Virus record (IMG/VR): IMGVR_UViG_3300025655_000030
Coordinates: 6,151 to 70,150 of that record
DNA length: 64,000 nucleotides
Origin: a virus
Direction: 5' to 3' (one strand)
Each line of letters starts with the position of its first letter. Position 1 is the stretch's first letter. The notes below the pieces were generated by a model. It saw only the letters and a program-made list of their open reading frames with translations, searched no databases and was not told where the DNA came from. Below, one piece after another: positions 1 to 9,870 of the stretch. Made by a program: the position numbers and the translations under genes.

Positions 1-3
1 CAA

Positions 4-1089
4 GTGTTAAGCCAAGACGGTAATCAAATTGTTTTGCGCGAGTGGTCTGTCACTAGAGGCGTAGAGTTTAGTTTTAGCATTTACTGTGATATTGACACAA
101 ACACAATTTATGGTGAGTTTGACGGGGTAGAAGTAGCGCCAAGCGGTACAACGCTCAGCAGTCCATCGGCATTGATTGATGGTATGAATTCTGACTATTA
201 CTCAGTAGGTGAGCAGGCGACTGATACCTTTCCCGCGTCATTCTCAGTTAAGTCACTAGGCGTATCAACTAGCCTTGCCGAGTTCAATCAATTAGCAACT
301 GACATACAAGTCGACCCAATTAGTAACACAGCGCCATCTGTCCCAACACTGTCAGCATCTAGCACAAGCCTAGCGGCAGGCGGCACGGCAACGCTAACTG
401 CATCAAGTACCGATGCAGAAAACGACAGTATAACGTTTAACTGGTCAACTGACGCAGGAATATTAAGTTCGACAACTGGCAACAGCGCTGTATTTACAGC
501 GCCAAGCGGTTCGAGTGCTGTTACTGCAACGATTAGCTGCACGGCTTCGGATGGTGAGCTAACCAGTTCAGCGGGTACGATTAGTATTGATGTAGCGGCA
601 GTTGTCATACCCGACACGATAAAACCCGTCATAAATCTTGTACCAAGCACTTTGGTTTACAACCTGACAGTTGGTGATACGTTCACACTACCAACAGCTA
701 CATTGACTGATAATGTTGATTCAACAATTAGTATAAGTCCTGTCAGTAATACAGTTAACACTACTTTATCAGGTACTTATTCAGTAGTATATGCAGGATA
801 CACAGATTCTTCTGGTAATATAGCGGATAGTGTAACTATAACTGTTAATGTATCCCCTGAGATTCAATCTACAACTTCGGTATCTATCATAGATATTCCA
901 GATGGTACTTATAGTTGTATATTCTTAGACGCAGTATCTGGGGAATTGATTCTTAAAGCAGATTTAGAATTCATAAGTGAATTATCGGAAACAGTCACTT
1001 TGCCTGTATCATCTGGTACTAATTATGAAGTAGCTGTTAAAAACAATCCTTTAACTCATTACACAGGTAAACTAGGAGTAACAGTTTAA
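4..1089 (+). CDS. Ig-like/PKD and DUF5011-like domain virion accessory protein (likely 5'-truncated by the window edge)
   Basis: Ser/Thr-rich beta modules (NTAPSVPTL..TLTASSTDAENDSITFNWS; DTIKPVINL..GTYSVVY..TDSSGN) typical of Ig-like repeats. Confidence 0.6.
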   Translation: MLSQDGNQIVLREWSVTRGVEFSFSIYCDIDTNTIYGEFDGVEVAPSGTTLSSPSALIDGMNSDYYSVGEQATDTFPASFSVKSLGVSTSLAEFNQLATDIQVDPISNTAPSVPTLSASSTSLAAGGTATLTASSTDAENDSITFNWSTDAGILSSTTGNSAVFTAPSGSSAVTATISCTASDGELTSSAGTISIDVAAVVIPDTIKPVINLVPSTLVYNLTVGDTFTLPTATLTDNVDSTISISPVSNTVNTTLSGTYSVVYAGYTDSSGNIADSVTITVNVSPEIQSTTSVSIIDIPDGTYSCIFLDAVSGELILKADLEFISELSETVTLPVSSGTNYEVAVKNNPLTHYTGKLGVTV

Positions 1090-1748
1090 TGGCATTAGTT
1101 GGACAATGGGGTGAAGTTGGATCTTGGTTTAACACCTCTAATCCAACTAGCCAACCAGTTATAACCTTACCCTACTATAAAGAAATTATATTAGTAGGGT
1201 CTACTTACACACCACCTCTAGGAGTAGTTAATGACTTAGAGGATGGAATACTTAGTGTATCACCGGACAATTCAGTTAATGTACAGCAGGTAGGGGAACA
1301 GGTTTTAAAATATAATTACCTTGACACTTCCAATGTTTTAGCTGAAGAAGTTGAATTAAAAGTATTTGTAGTGAGTGACATTAATCCAAGAATAGGTGAT
1401 TATACACTATCCTACTTAGATGGTTTGAATAAAGTAATACCTGAATATGATAATGAAGTTATCTTAGAGTTAAGTTGTGTCAACAGTTTTTCTGAAATAG
1501 GTTTTAATAATTTTGATAAATTAGTAATCAACATTGGTAATGAGTCGTATGATAGTTCTACTGATGTAGATAAATTATTCATATTAGATGGTGATAAACT
1601 TCAACTACAAATAAGTGATATCACTGAATTAGATGCTGGTAACTATACACCTGAGTTAATAGGGTATAACACTAGATATAATGATGGTTTGTTGATAAAT
1701 GGTGAAAGACTAAATAAACTTAAACATCCAATACATGTTTTAAGATAA
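1089..1748 (+). CDS. Ig-like (DUF5011-like) domain protein
   Basis: PVITLP..VGSTYTPP..D.EDG..VNVQQVG..Y.Y.DTSN pattern; coupled to upstream gene by TAATG overlap. Confidence 0.5.
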   Translation: MALVGQWGEVGSWFNTSNPTSQPVITLPYYKEIILVGSTYTPPLGVVNDLEDGILSVSPDNSVNVQQVGEQVLKYNYLDTSNVLAEEVELKVFVVSDINPRIGDYTLSYLDGLNKVIPEYDNEVILELSCVNSFSEIGFNNFDKLVINIGNESYDSSTDVDKLFILDGDKLQLQISDITELDAGNYTPELIGYNTRYNDGLLINGERLNKLKHPIHVLR

Positions 1749-1758
1749 GGAGTACATT

Positions 1759-2088
1759 ATGCCTTTTGTAAAAGGTGATCCAAGAATAAACAGGAAAGGA
1801 CGTTTAGACGGAGCTAGGAATAAAGTTAACGCTCAGAGGGATATATCAAAAGCTGTTTCTTCTGGTAAGTCCTTACAAGACATAGTTGTATTCCTTTCTG
1901 AGAAACTTGATGATGATAAAATAAGCGAGACTCAGAAGAATAAATACTTAGAGCAGCTTATTAAGATTAAATTAGATTTAGCTAAACAAGAGATTAAATT
2001 GTTAGAGGAAAACACACCAAAACAGGATCAACCTAAACCTAAAGGTGAAGTGATATATCCTAAAGCAGTGTTTAAATCTTCACAATAA
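1759..2088 (+). CDS. putative terminase small subunit
   Basis: N-terminal MPFVKGDPRINRKGR..GARNK motif, AGGAG RBS, position upstream of TerL. Confidence 0.55.
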   Translation: MPFVKGDPRINRKGRLDGARNKVNAQRDISKAVSSGKSLQDIVVFLSEKLDDDKISETQKNKYLEQLIKIKLDLAKQEIKLLEENTPKQDQPKPKGEVIYPKAVFKSSQ

Positions 2089-2109
2089 TAATTTAACAGG
2101 AGGAGTATT

Positions 2110-2814
2110 ATGAGTATTAAAAATGAAACGGTTACAGGATTAAGTAACTTTATAAAAGCATTCCATAAAGACTTGCTAGATGGTGTAGCTACAGGATGGT
2201 GGGGTGAAGTTTCTGGTCATAAAGGTGATTATTTAGGTATTAATTTTCTAAATAAAGACTTTTTAAATGTTTACGAGTTAATTGAGTTTATTAAGGATAA
2301 CAAAGAAACCTTAGAAGATAAAGATTTAAAATACTTTGGTGAACAAGCCTCTATTGTCAACTTCAGACTAGAAAGAAAGCGGCACTATATGTACGAGATT
2401 CAAGTAGAGGATGTTGTTGAACCTACTATTGAGGTGTCAGAGGATGACTTCACAGAAGATAAAATAGAAAATAATTTCAGTGAATCTATCTCAGAAGAAG
2501 AATTTATTGAACAAATGACACTTAAAGAGCAGGTCTTAACATTTAACAGTGATCCTAGTGAATTGCAGGTTGTAGTAGTTGAATCTGAAAAAGTACAAGA
2601 AGTAGAAGATGTTCAGTCTGATGTTAAAACTCCAGATTGGGATTTAGCTAAAAGTTATATCGTAGATTTACCTGATGCTGAAGCTAAGGTTGCTTTAGTG
2701 AAGTATGCCTCTGAGTTTGGTATTACAGAAGATTGCTTTGATAAGCGTAAAGGTTACAGTAAGTTATTAGCTACATTCAGAGGTAAGTGGAACGCCTTGA
2801 ATAAGGTTAAGTAG
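2110..2814 (+). CDS. acidic hypothetical protein; C-terminus loosely resembles a T4 Inh segment
   Basis: Strong RBS AGGAGGAG; C-terminal AKVALVKYASEFGI..DKRKGYSKL. Confidence 0.4.
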   Translation: MSIKNETVTGLSNFIKAFHKDLLDGVATGWWGEVSGHKGDYLGINFLNKDFLNVYELIEFIKDNKETLEDKDLKYFGEQASIVNFRLERKRHYMYEIQVEDVVEPTIEVSEDDFTEDKIENNFSESISEEEFIEQMTLKEQVLTFNSDPSELQVVVVESEKVQEVEDVQSDVKTPDWDLAKSYIVDLPDAEAKVALVKYASEFGITEDCFDKRKGYSKLLATFRGKWNALNKVK

Positions 2815-2823
2815 AAAGAGTTT

Positions 2824-2900
2824 AGGTCGAAAAGGGTAGCTCCCCTGTTAATGCTATTATCATTAACTAGACCTCTTGTTTAAATCCTATAATAGGGGAG
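2824..2900 (+). promoter_or_regulatory. structured leader with anti-Shine-Dalgarno upstream of homing endonuclease
   Basis: AGGTC/GACCT closes a junction containing GTTAATG/CATTAAC; CTCCCCT (2840-2846) is complementary to AGGGGAG (2894-2900). Confidence 0.5.
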
Positions 2901-2908
2901 TATTTGTT

Positions 2909-4150
2909 TTGAAAGTAACCGATACTAAAAGTTTTATCGAGAAGTCTAAGTTACTACATGGTGATAAATATGATTATAGTGATACAGTTTTTACTAAGAG
3001 TAGGGATAAAGTATCTATAAGATGTAAGAATTGTGGAGAATTATTTAATCAGAATGCAGGTAATCATTGTAACGCAGGGAACGGGTGTCCTCAATGTAGC
3101 GGTAAAATTAGTAAAAGAAGACTAAGTATCGAGGAAAGGATAAGTAATGCCAGAGATTTGCATGGCGATAAGTTTGATTATTCTGAGTGGGGTGTAAAAA
3201 CATCTAAAGAAGTTGGTAAAGTGACATGTACTAAGCATCATATTAGTTGGAATATTTCTTATGATAACCATGTAAATCAGGGTAAGGAATGTCCTTCTTG
3301 TCGGTATGAAAAGTCCTCTTTGTCAAAGAATATGGGTTACATCGAAGCTGAAAGAATAATATCCACAAAGTTTAATCATATAACTATACATGAAGACTCC
3401 TACAAATCTTTTACAACAAGTTGTAATTTTACATGTGATATACACGGTTTATTTCATAAAACACCACAGTTAGTGTCATTGAGTGTATATGGTTGTTCTG
3501 AGTGTGCCAAAGATAATGGTTCTTACGGTAATGATTCTTTATCACAAGAAGATTTTTTCAATCCTATATCTGTTAGACTCCCTCACTGCGATTTCTCTAA
3601 TTCAATTTATATTAATCAAACAAGTGAAGTAACTTTTTATTGTAATAAACATGGGAAGTATCACACCACAAAGGCTCAACACTTAAAGTTAAGTTCAAAA
3701 GGATGCGTTGATTGTAGCATAGAGTCTTCCTCTAGGAAACAGGTCGGGTTTTTAAATAATACTATTGTAGAGAGAAACAAGAGTAAATACCTAAATAAAG
3801 AAAACTTCCTATATATTGTACGCCTCCCTGATTTAAGTCATAACGTATACAAGATAGGAATGGCGTGTATACCTGTAAATAGATATTACAAACTTAAAAA
3901 AGACTTTGGTAAATTAGATATAATTAAAACTTATCCATTAGATACTTATAATTGCTTCAAGTTAGAGCAGAGTTTACATAGACTTTTCAGCGACAATAAG
4001 TACACTTTACCGAATAATAATAATATAGATGGTAGTAGGAAAAGAGGTATAAATGAACTATTCAAACTTGATAGGGAGGATATTATTAATATAGATGAAT
4101 ATATCTCTATTTACAAGTTAAATTTGTTAGGAGGAGATTATGTCATATGA
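2909..4150 (+). CDS. free-standing homing endonuclease (repeated Cys/His zinc-ribbon modules plus C-terminal GIY-YIG/T5orf172-like domain)
   Basis: Four C-x2-(C/H)...C-x2-C repeats; FLYIV..YKIG..NRY..LEQSLH..ELF; probable TTG start at 2909 after AGGGGAG (ORF open from 2876). Confidence 0.75.
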   Translation: MKVTDTKSFIEKSKLLHGDKYDYSDTVFTKSRDKVSIRCKNCGELFNQNAGNHCNAGNGCPQCSGKISKRRLSIEERISNARDLHGDKFDYSEWGVKTSKEVGKVTCTKHHISWNISYDNHVNQGKECPSCRYEKSSLSKNMGYIEAERIISTKFNHITIHEDSYKSFTTSCNFTCDIHGLFHKTPQLVSLSVYGCSECAKDNGSYGNDSLSQEDFFNPISVRLPHCDFSNSIYINQTSEVTFYCNKHGKYHTTKAQHLKLSSKGCVDCSIESSSRKQVGFLNNTIVERNKSKYLNKENFLYIVRLPDLSHNVYKIGMACIPVNRYYKLKKDFGKLDIIKTYPLDTYNCFKLEQSLHRLFSDNKYTLPNNNNIDGSRKRGINELFKLDREDIINIDEYISIYKLNLLGGDYVI

Positions 4151-5717
4151 GAGTTGGGAAGACGTAAAACCTCAAGAAGGGAAGCAGCAATTAGCAATTG
4201 ACTTAGCAGGTGAAGTGGATTTTATGCTACTTGGCGGTGCGAGGTTCGGGGGAAAATCAGAACTACTGAGTATGATACCTTTGAAGTTTTCTGATGACCC
4301 TAAATTCAGGGGAATCTTCTTTAGAAGGCAATATGATGAGATAATGGGTGCTAACTCTTTGTGGGAAAAAGCTGAAAATATGTATACGTTTTTCGGTGCG
4401 GTTCCTAAATTATCTGCTAAGAGTTGGAGATTTCATAGCGGTGCGTTGCAATTCTATAGACATATGCACGTCGAGTCTGATAAAGAGTCCCATAGGGGTA
4501 AAGGTTATTCCTTAATAGGTTTTGACGAAATTGACCAATTTTCTAAAGAACAAGTTACATTTTTGATGACTTGTCTTCGTTCTGAAGCTAAGATGAACAG
4601 CTTTTGTGTAGGTACATTAAACCCTAATCCAGATTCTTGGTGTTTACCTTTAATAAAATTTTACCTAAATGATGAAGGTTTCCCTGACGAAAAGAAGATT
4701 GGGGTAATAAGACATTTTATTGTTAAAGATGGTGATTTTGTATTTGGTGACTCAGAGCAATATTTTATAGACAACTATTATGATAGCGTTTATATAACTG
4801 TTCCTAACAGAAAAGATAAATTATATGTTAGACCTAAAACTTTCACTTACCTTTTCTTTAATATATTTGATAACCCACTAGGGTTAGAATCAAACCCAGT
4901 ATATTTGTCAGAGTTGAACAACTTACCAGACCATGAACGTAATACTCAACTGTGGGGTAACTGGTATGCCAGACCTAAAGGGCAATCATTATGGAGTAGG
5001 CAATGGGTAACTGGAGAAAAAGGTGAGCGAGTTAAAACTATATCTCAAATACCTGACAATGTTAAGTGGTTCAGAGGTATAGATAAGGGGTATAGTGAGC
5101 CATCTGATAATTATAAGTATCCAGACTACACGGCATTCTCCCCTAAAGTTGGTAAAGACACATCAGGTGCGTACTGGCTAGTTGGTGATTTTCATAAAGA
5201 TATTATTGATGTTGACCAGTTTAAGTTAGAAGAAGATCAACGAATATATGGAAAATTTAGAAAGCTATCTGGTGAAAGGGATAATTTAATAATAAAACAA
5301 GGACTATTCGATGGTGAAGGAACTACTGTAGTACTTTCTAAAGATAGCGGTGGTGCTGGTGCTGACCATATGTATACAATGTCTAGGTTGATAGAAAATA
5401 GAATAAGTGTACATGAAGACACCACACCTAAAAATACTCCACAGAAAAAACTTAGGGATTTCCAACCATTCTGTAATGCTTGTTATGTTGGTATAGTTAA
5501 TATAGTGGAGGAGACTTTTTCTCCAGCTACTCTAAAAGCTTTCTACCAACAATTAGAGTTATTTGACCCAAGTATAGGGTCTAACTCAAGCAGAAAAGAT
5601 GACTGGGTTGATGCCACAAGTATGGCTTTTGCTGCTGCTACAACAGCTAAAGTACACACTGTCCAAAAACTAACACAGATAGACTCTCCGACTATTAAAA
5701 AAGGATTAGACTTATGA
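4140..5717 (+). CDS. terL: terminase large subunit
   Basis: GGARFGGKS Walker A, IGFDE Walker B, TLNP motif, C-terminal KDDWVDA nuclease motif. Confidence 0.95.
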   Translation: MSYESWEDVKPQEGKQQLAIDLAGEVDFMLLGGARFGGKSELLSMIPLKFSDDPKFRGIFFRRQYDEIMGANSLWEKAENMYTFFGAVPKLSAKSWRFHSGALQFYRHMHVESDKESHRGKGYSLIGFDEIDQFSKEQVTFLMTCLRSEAKMNSFCVGTLNPNPDSWCLPLIKFYLNDEGFPDEKKIGVIRHFIVKDGDFVFGDSEQYFIDNYYDSVYITVPNRKDKLYVRPKTFTYLFFNIFDNPLGLESNPVYLSELNNLPDHERNTQLWGNWYARPKGQSLWSRQWVTGEKGERVKTISQIPDNVKWFRGIDKGYSEPSDNYKYPDYTAFSPKVGKDTSGAYWLVGDFHKDIIDVDQFKLEEDQRIYGKFRKLSGERDNLIIKQGLFDGEGTTVVLSKDSGGAGADHMYTMSRLIENRISVHEDTTPKNTPQKKLRDFQPFCNACYVGIVNIVEETFSPATLKAFYQQLELFDPSIGSNSSRKDDWVDATSMAFAAATTAKVHTVQKLTQIDSPTIKKGLDL

Positions 5718-5724
5718 GGAAATC

Positions 5725-7934
5725 ATGCACAATACCGAAAAAATAGATATAGAGAAAGCTGAATCCTCTCCTAGTCCTTCTACCACTAGACTGAAACTTG
5801 GGGAGATTGGTTCACCTAATGTTAAGACTATAGGTGGATTAATTAGAGAGGAGGCTAGGAAAGACTTGCAATTTCCAAGATGTCTTACTACATTTGATGA
5901 AATGAGGCAAGACGCCACAGTAGATGCTGGATTAACTGTTAACGAAGTATTCTTGACTAAAGCTATGATGGGGATGAAGTGGAAAGTAGGTGAATCTGGT
6001 AGTGAACTTTCAAAGAGTTATGCTGATGCACTGAACTGGAACTTTAAGAACTTTGACCAACAGACTTGGTATCAGATTATAACATCCGTTATTACATATC
6101 AACAGTATGGTTTCTCTTGGTTAGAGAAAGTCTACACTAAGAATAAAAGTAAAAGTCACCCTATCTTAAAAAATAAGATTAAGAAACTAGCCACTAGGAC
6201 ACAAAAGAGTGTTGCTAAGTGGGAGTTTAGTAAGGATAAACGGGAGTTGTTAGGGGTATGGCAAAAGCCTGAAACTTCAATAGACACGTTATTTCCTAGT
6301 GCTGTTAATATTAATAATCAGCTTGATACCTACATTCCTAGATATAAATATATGTTATTTAGTTGGGATGATAAAGGTGGTAATCCTCAAGGTAAGTCGT
6401 TATTAACAGGTTGCTTTAGGGCATATAAAGAAAAAAGTATGATAGCCTCTTATGAGGTTGTTGGTGTAAGTAAGGACATGGGTTAACTATAATCAGCCCC
6501 TTAATGAAGAAATTTATTAAGCAAATCTATCTAATTCAGTGGAAACCTCTATAGAGACAATACTGAGCCAAAGCCTTAAAGACGAAAGTATACCTATTAA
6601 TAGGAATGAGCTTTTTTAGTGTGGAAGACGGTAAACACACAGGTTAGGTGCAACGACTATCCCGCAAGGGAGTACATCACAAGCTATTGGTGGTGGAAAT
6701 GGTAGAAACCTAAACATTAAGTTGTAGGTTAAGATATAGTCTAATCTATATGGTGACATATAGCAGTTCATAAGAGAACGATTAACAATGTAGCGATTGT
6801 TAGTGAATACAAATGGGATTACTTGTCCTTCGCGTACCAACAGATATTATAAATAAAGCTGCTGAAGACCCTACTTCAGACGAAGCTAAATCACTCCAGA
6901 ACCTTCAAAAGAATGCCGCTAATGTACATGCTGGGGATCAGACTTATATCCTCTTAGGAAGCGATACGTTAGATAATGGAGGTACTTCTAAATACTCTTA
7001 TGATATAGAACTTAAGGGGATTGATGGTAGTTTGTAAATAAGCTACACTTAGTAGAAATACTATGAACAAATAACTCATTTAATTGCTGGAAACTCTCGT
7101 TAGATTTTGTATACGATACTAGGTAGTGATACACTAGCGACCCGTAAAAATTACAAAAATAGAGACAATCAGCAGGTAAGAGTCTAATATTACAGTAAAG
7201 AATTCTTGAACGCAATATTAAAATGATATTAGACTTGACTTCAACGACTATCCTGAAAGGGAGTACACTCAAGTGAGTGGAAATGGTGAGAACCTAAACA
7301 TTAAGTTGTAGGTTAAGATATAGTCTGGTCTATATAGAGATATATAGCAGTTCATAAGAGAACGGGTAGTGATTAACGACCACTATTGAACACATCGGGA
7401 AAACAATACAAAACCTCTGAATTAATCAATGAACGTAAGAAAGCTATCTTAGACACTCTAGGTGCAGGTTTCCTAAACTTAGGGAATGATGGTGTAGGTA
7501 GTTATGCCTTATCGACAGGTAAACAATCCCTACATGCTTTCTATATGGAAAGACATTTAATGTTCATCAAGTCAGTATTTGAAAATGACTTAATCCCTCA
7601 ATTAGCTGAAATTAATGGTTTAGCCTTATCAGAAGATGATATGCCTACATTAACATTTGGTGAGATTGATGAACCTGACTTAGATGTACTAAGTAAGGTC
7701 GGACAGAGGCTTGGATCTGCTGGGTTAATACCTAAAGAGAAAACCTTACTACTAGAATTCTGGAAACAGTTCGGACTAGATACTTCTGCATTAAAAGATA
7801 TGTCTCAAGAAGAATTATTTGAACTACTTACCCCTGAAACATCAAGGGCTGGGGAAAGTGGTGGTTCAAGTGGAACAGGTGGTACTCAGTCCGGTGGAGC
7901 AAGTAGCTCTTTAAATTCAGATAATGCAGCATAG
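5725..7934 (+). CDS. portal protein in three exons (5725-6483, 6816-7031, 7398-7934; ~503 aa spliced)
   Basis: Joined exons read SKDMG|GLLVLRVP and KGIDGS|GKQYKTSELI in frame; lies between TerL and protease. Confidence 0.88.
6484..6815 (+). mobile_element. group I intron (IA-like, ORF-less), portal intron 1
   Basis: Exon ends in U (GGT) pairing with IGS GCCC; P10 TAATC/GATTA; R CAACGACTATC; S AAGATATAGTC; terminal G. Confidence 0.92.
7032..7397 (+). mobile_element. group I intron (IA-like, ORF-less), portal intron 2
   Basis: Exon end GTAGT pairs with IGS GCTAC (U.G); AATTGCTGGAAA; AATCAGCAGG; R TCAACGACTATC; S AAGATATAGTC; terminal G. Confidence 0.92.
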
Positions 7935-7941
7935 GAACAAT

Positions 7942-8439
7942 ATGAATAAAAGTAAAATATTAGATATGTTCTCTGAATTCTTAGAGACACATTTCTCAGG
8001 TAGTGAATCTAATCACAAAGAGTATGTAGAGTCCGAAACTGTAATAGTTAAATCACTTAACAGTGAAGAACGTAGAGCGCTCTTTGTGGTATTAGAACCA
8101 CAAGATGATGACCTAGAAACTACAGACTTACACGCTGATACCTACGATAGTATTACAGTAGAGAAAGCTTGTCAATCCTTTAATAAACATTCTATGAAAG
8201 CTGGACTATATCATAAAGTTGTTGTTGATAATGAGCTAGTTGAAATAGAGCAATCATTCATATCACCTTCAAGTTTTGAATTAGACGATGGTAGGAATAT
8301 TAAGAAAGGGACATGGTTAATGTGGATGCACTTCCCTGAACCTACCGATGGTAGTGAGGATTTAATATGGCCTCAAGTAATATCTGGGGAGTTCGAAGGT
8401 GTAAGTGTAGATTGTTCAGGATATGGAGTTGAACTGTGA
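7942..8439 (+). CDS. prohead protease (XkdF-like)
   Basis: ALFVVLEP..DLHAD..H..KKGTWL..GEFEGVSV; follows portal; ATG 7942 (ORF open from 7924). Confidence 0.75.
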   Translation: MNKSKILDMFSEFLETHFSGSESNHKEYVESETVIVKSLNSEERRALFVVLEPQDDDLETTDLHADTYDSITVEKACQSFNKHSMKAGLYHKVVVDNELVEIEQSFISPSSFELDDGRNIKKGTWLMWMHFPEPTDGSEDLIWPQVISGEFEGVSVDCSGYGVEL

Positions 8440-9341
8440 GTAAACTAAAAGCTAAACGTAAGATATTAGAGTTTGACTTTGAGACTGAGGGTGCAAGTGT
8501 CCATCTAGTCAGTAAATCTCAAGGTGGAGCTGCTAACGGATTTAAAACATTAATAACTAAATCTCTATCAACTAAAGAACTACCAGACGTAACTGGAGAG
8601 ATAGTTAAGTTAGAGAAGAAGTTAGAACAAATTAAAGTAACTATGAGTATGCAAGAGTTTCTTAGGAAGTTCTTCAACCTATATTATGACGATGCCGAGT
8701 TACTAACAAAATTACTTGGTTATCAAACTGAGTACGAAAGTTATCTTGAGTCAAATCAAGATGAAGAACCTTATGACCCGATGTCTTATTTAAATAGTAG
8801 GATGGAAAGTTTTGAGGTAATGAAATCTATGCACGAAGGTACACAACAAGAACTTTCTGCTTTAGATCTAGTAAGTATCCTAGAGATACAATCGAAAATT
8901 GAAAAACAATTAGAGGAAAATATGGATAAAATCACGATTGAGAAATCTCGTTTTGAATCTCTTGAGAATATTGAAAAATCTTTCAATGCTTTAGAAGCTG
9001 ATAACGTAGCATTAAAAACGGACAATGAACTCATTAAAGCTGAGTTAGCTGAGTTTAAAAAGTCTGTAGAAGATAACAAATTAAAGGCGCTAGAGGCTGA
9101 GTTAGCTGAGTTAGTAGAAGCAGAAGAAATTCCTACTATTGCTAAATCACTTATCTCATTAGATGAAGCATCAGCACAATTAATTATCAAATCCTTGAAA
9201 ACCAAAAAAGAAGTAGCAGACGCTAATATTGAAAAGTCTAAACTCTTTGAGGAAGTAGGTCATGGGGAAGATACTCCAGTGTTAACAAAAGAACAGGCTT
9301 TCGAGGCTCGTTTAGCTAAATCACTTCAAGAAAATAAATAA
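8436..9341 (+). CDS. head scaffolding protein
   Basis: VHLV..GGAANG N-terminus, acidic coiled-coil C-terminus, position before head genes. Confidence 0.7.
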   Translation: MSKLKAKRKILEFDFETEGASVHLVSKSQGGAANGFKTLITKSLSTKELPDVTGEIVKLEKKLEQIKVTMSMQEFLRKFFNLYYDDAELLTKLLGYQTEYESYLESNQDEEPYDPMSYLNSRMESFEVMKSMHEGTQQELSALDLVSILEIQSKIEKQLEENMDKITIEKSRFESLENIEKSFNALEADNVALKTDNELIKAELAEFKKSVEDNKLKALEAELAELVEAEEIPTIAKSLISLDEASAQLIIKSLKTKKEVADANIEKSKLFEEVGHGEDTPVLTKEQAFEARLAKSLQENK

Positions 9342-9355
9342 TAAGGAAAATATAG

Positions 9356-9841
9356 ATGACTATTATTGCTACAAAACAAGACGTTTTATCAAGCGTTCTT
9401 ATGGCTGATTCTAACGCTTTAGTTGAGAATTATAACTATGCAGTACAAGAAGCAGAAGAAACTGCTATCGCCACTTACACTATTGGTCAAGTAGTTCGCT
9501 GGAATACTGACCATTGGCAGATTGTTAAGACTGCTGACTTTACTACTAATGCACTTAATACCACAGCATCTTTAGTTGGAACCGCTGGGGCTAAATTAGC
9601 CGTAGTAGTTGGTTTTGAGGGTCTTGGTAAAGATGGTATGACTAAAACTTTAGCAGCTAACACAGCTCAGAAAGTAGTTGTTTGCTATCGTGGCCCCGTA
9701 GCTATTAAAGAAGCTGGTTTAGTTTTTGATGCTGGTGTAACTGCTCCACAATTAGCTAATGCCAAATTGATTTTAGCTCAACAAGGTTTAGACCTTAAAC
9801 AAGTTGCAGGAGCTATCACAACTAGCTTCTATGGCGCTTAA
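9356..9841 (+). CDS. head decoration protein
   Basis: Immediately upstream of MCP; YRGPV motif; high-expression codon usage. Confidence 0.7.
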   Translation: MTIIATKQDVLSSVLMADSNALVENYNYAVQEAEETAIATYTIGQVVRWNTDHWQIVKTADFTTNALNTTASLVGTAGAKLAVVVGFEGLGKDGMTKTLAANTAQKVVVCYRGPVAIKEAGLVFDAGVTAPQLANAKLILAQQGLDLKQVAGAITTSFYGA

Positions 9842-9870
9842 TAATAATTATAATACGGAGAATAATATAA

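Noticed and set aside
6616-7272. - strand ORFs 6616-6840 and 7012-7272 as intron-encoded proteins
   Set aside because: Antisense to the intron cores, short, no nuclease motifs.
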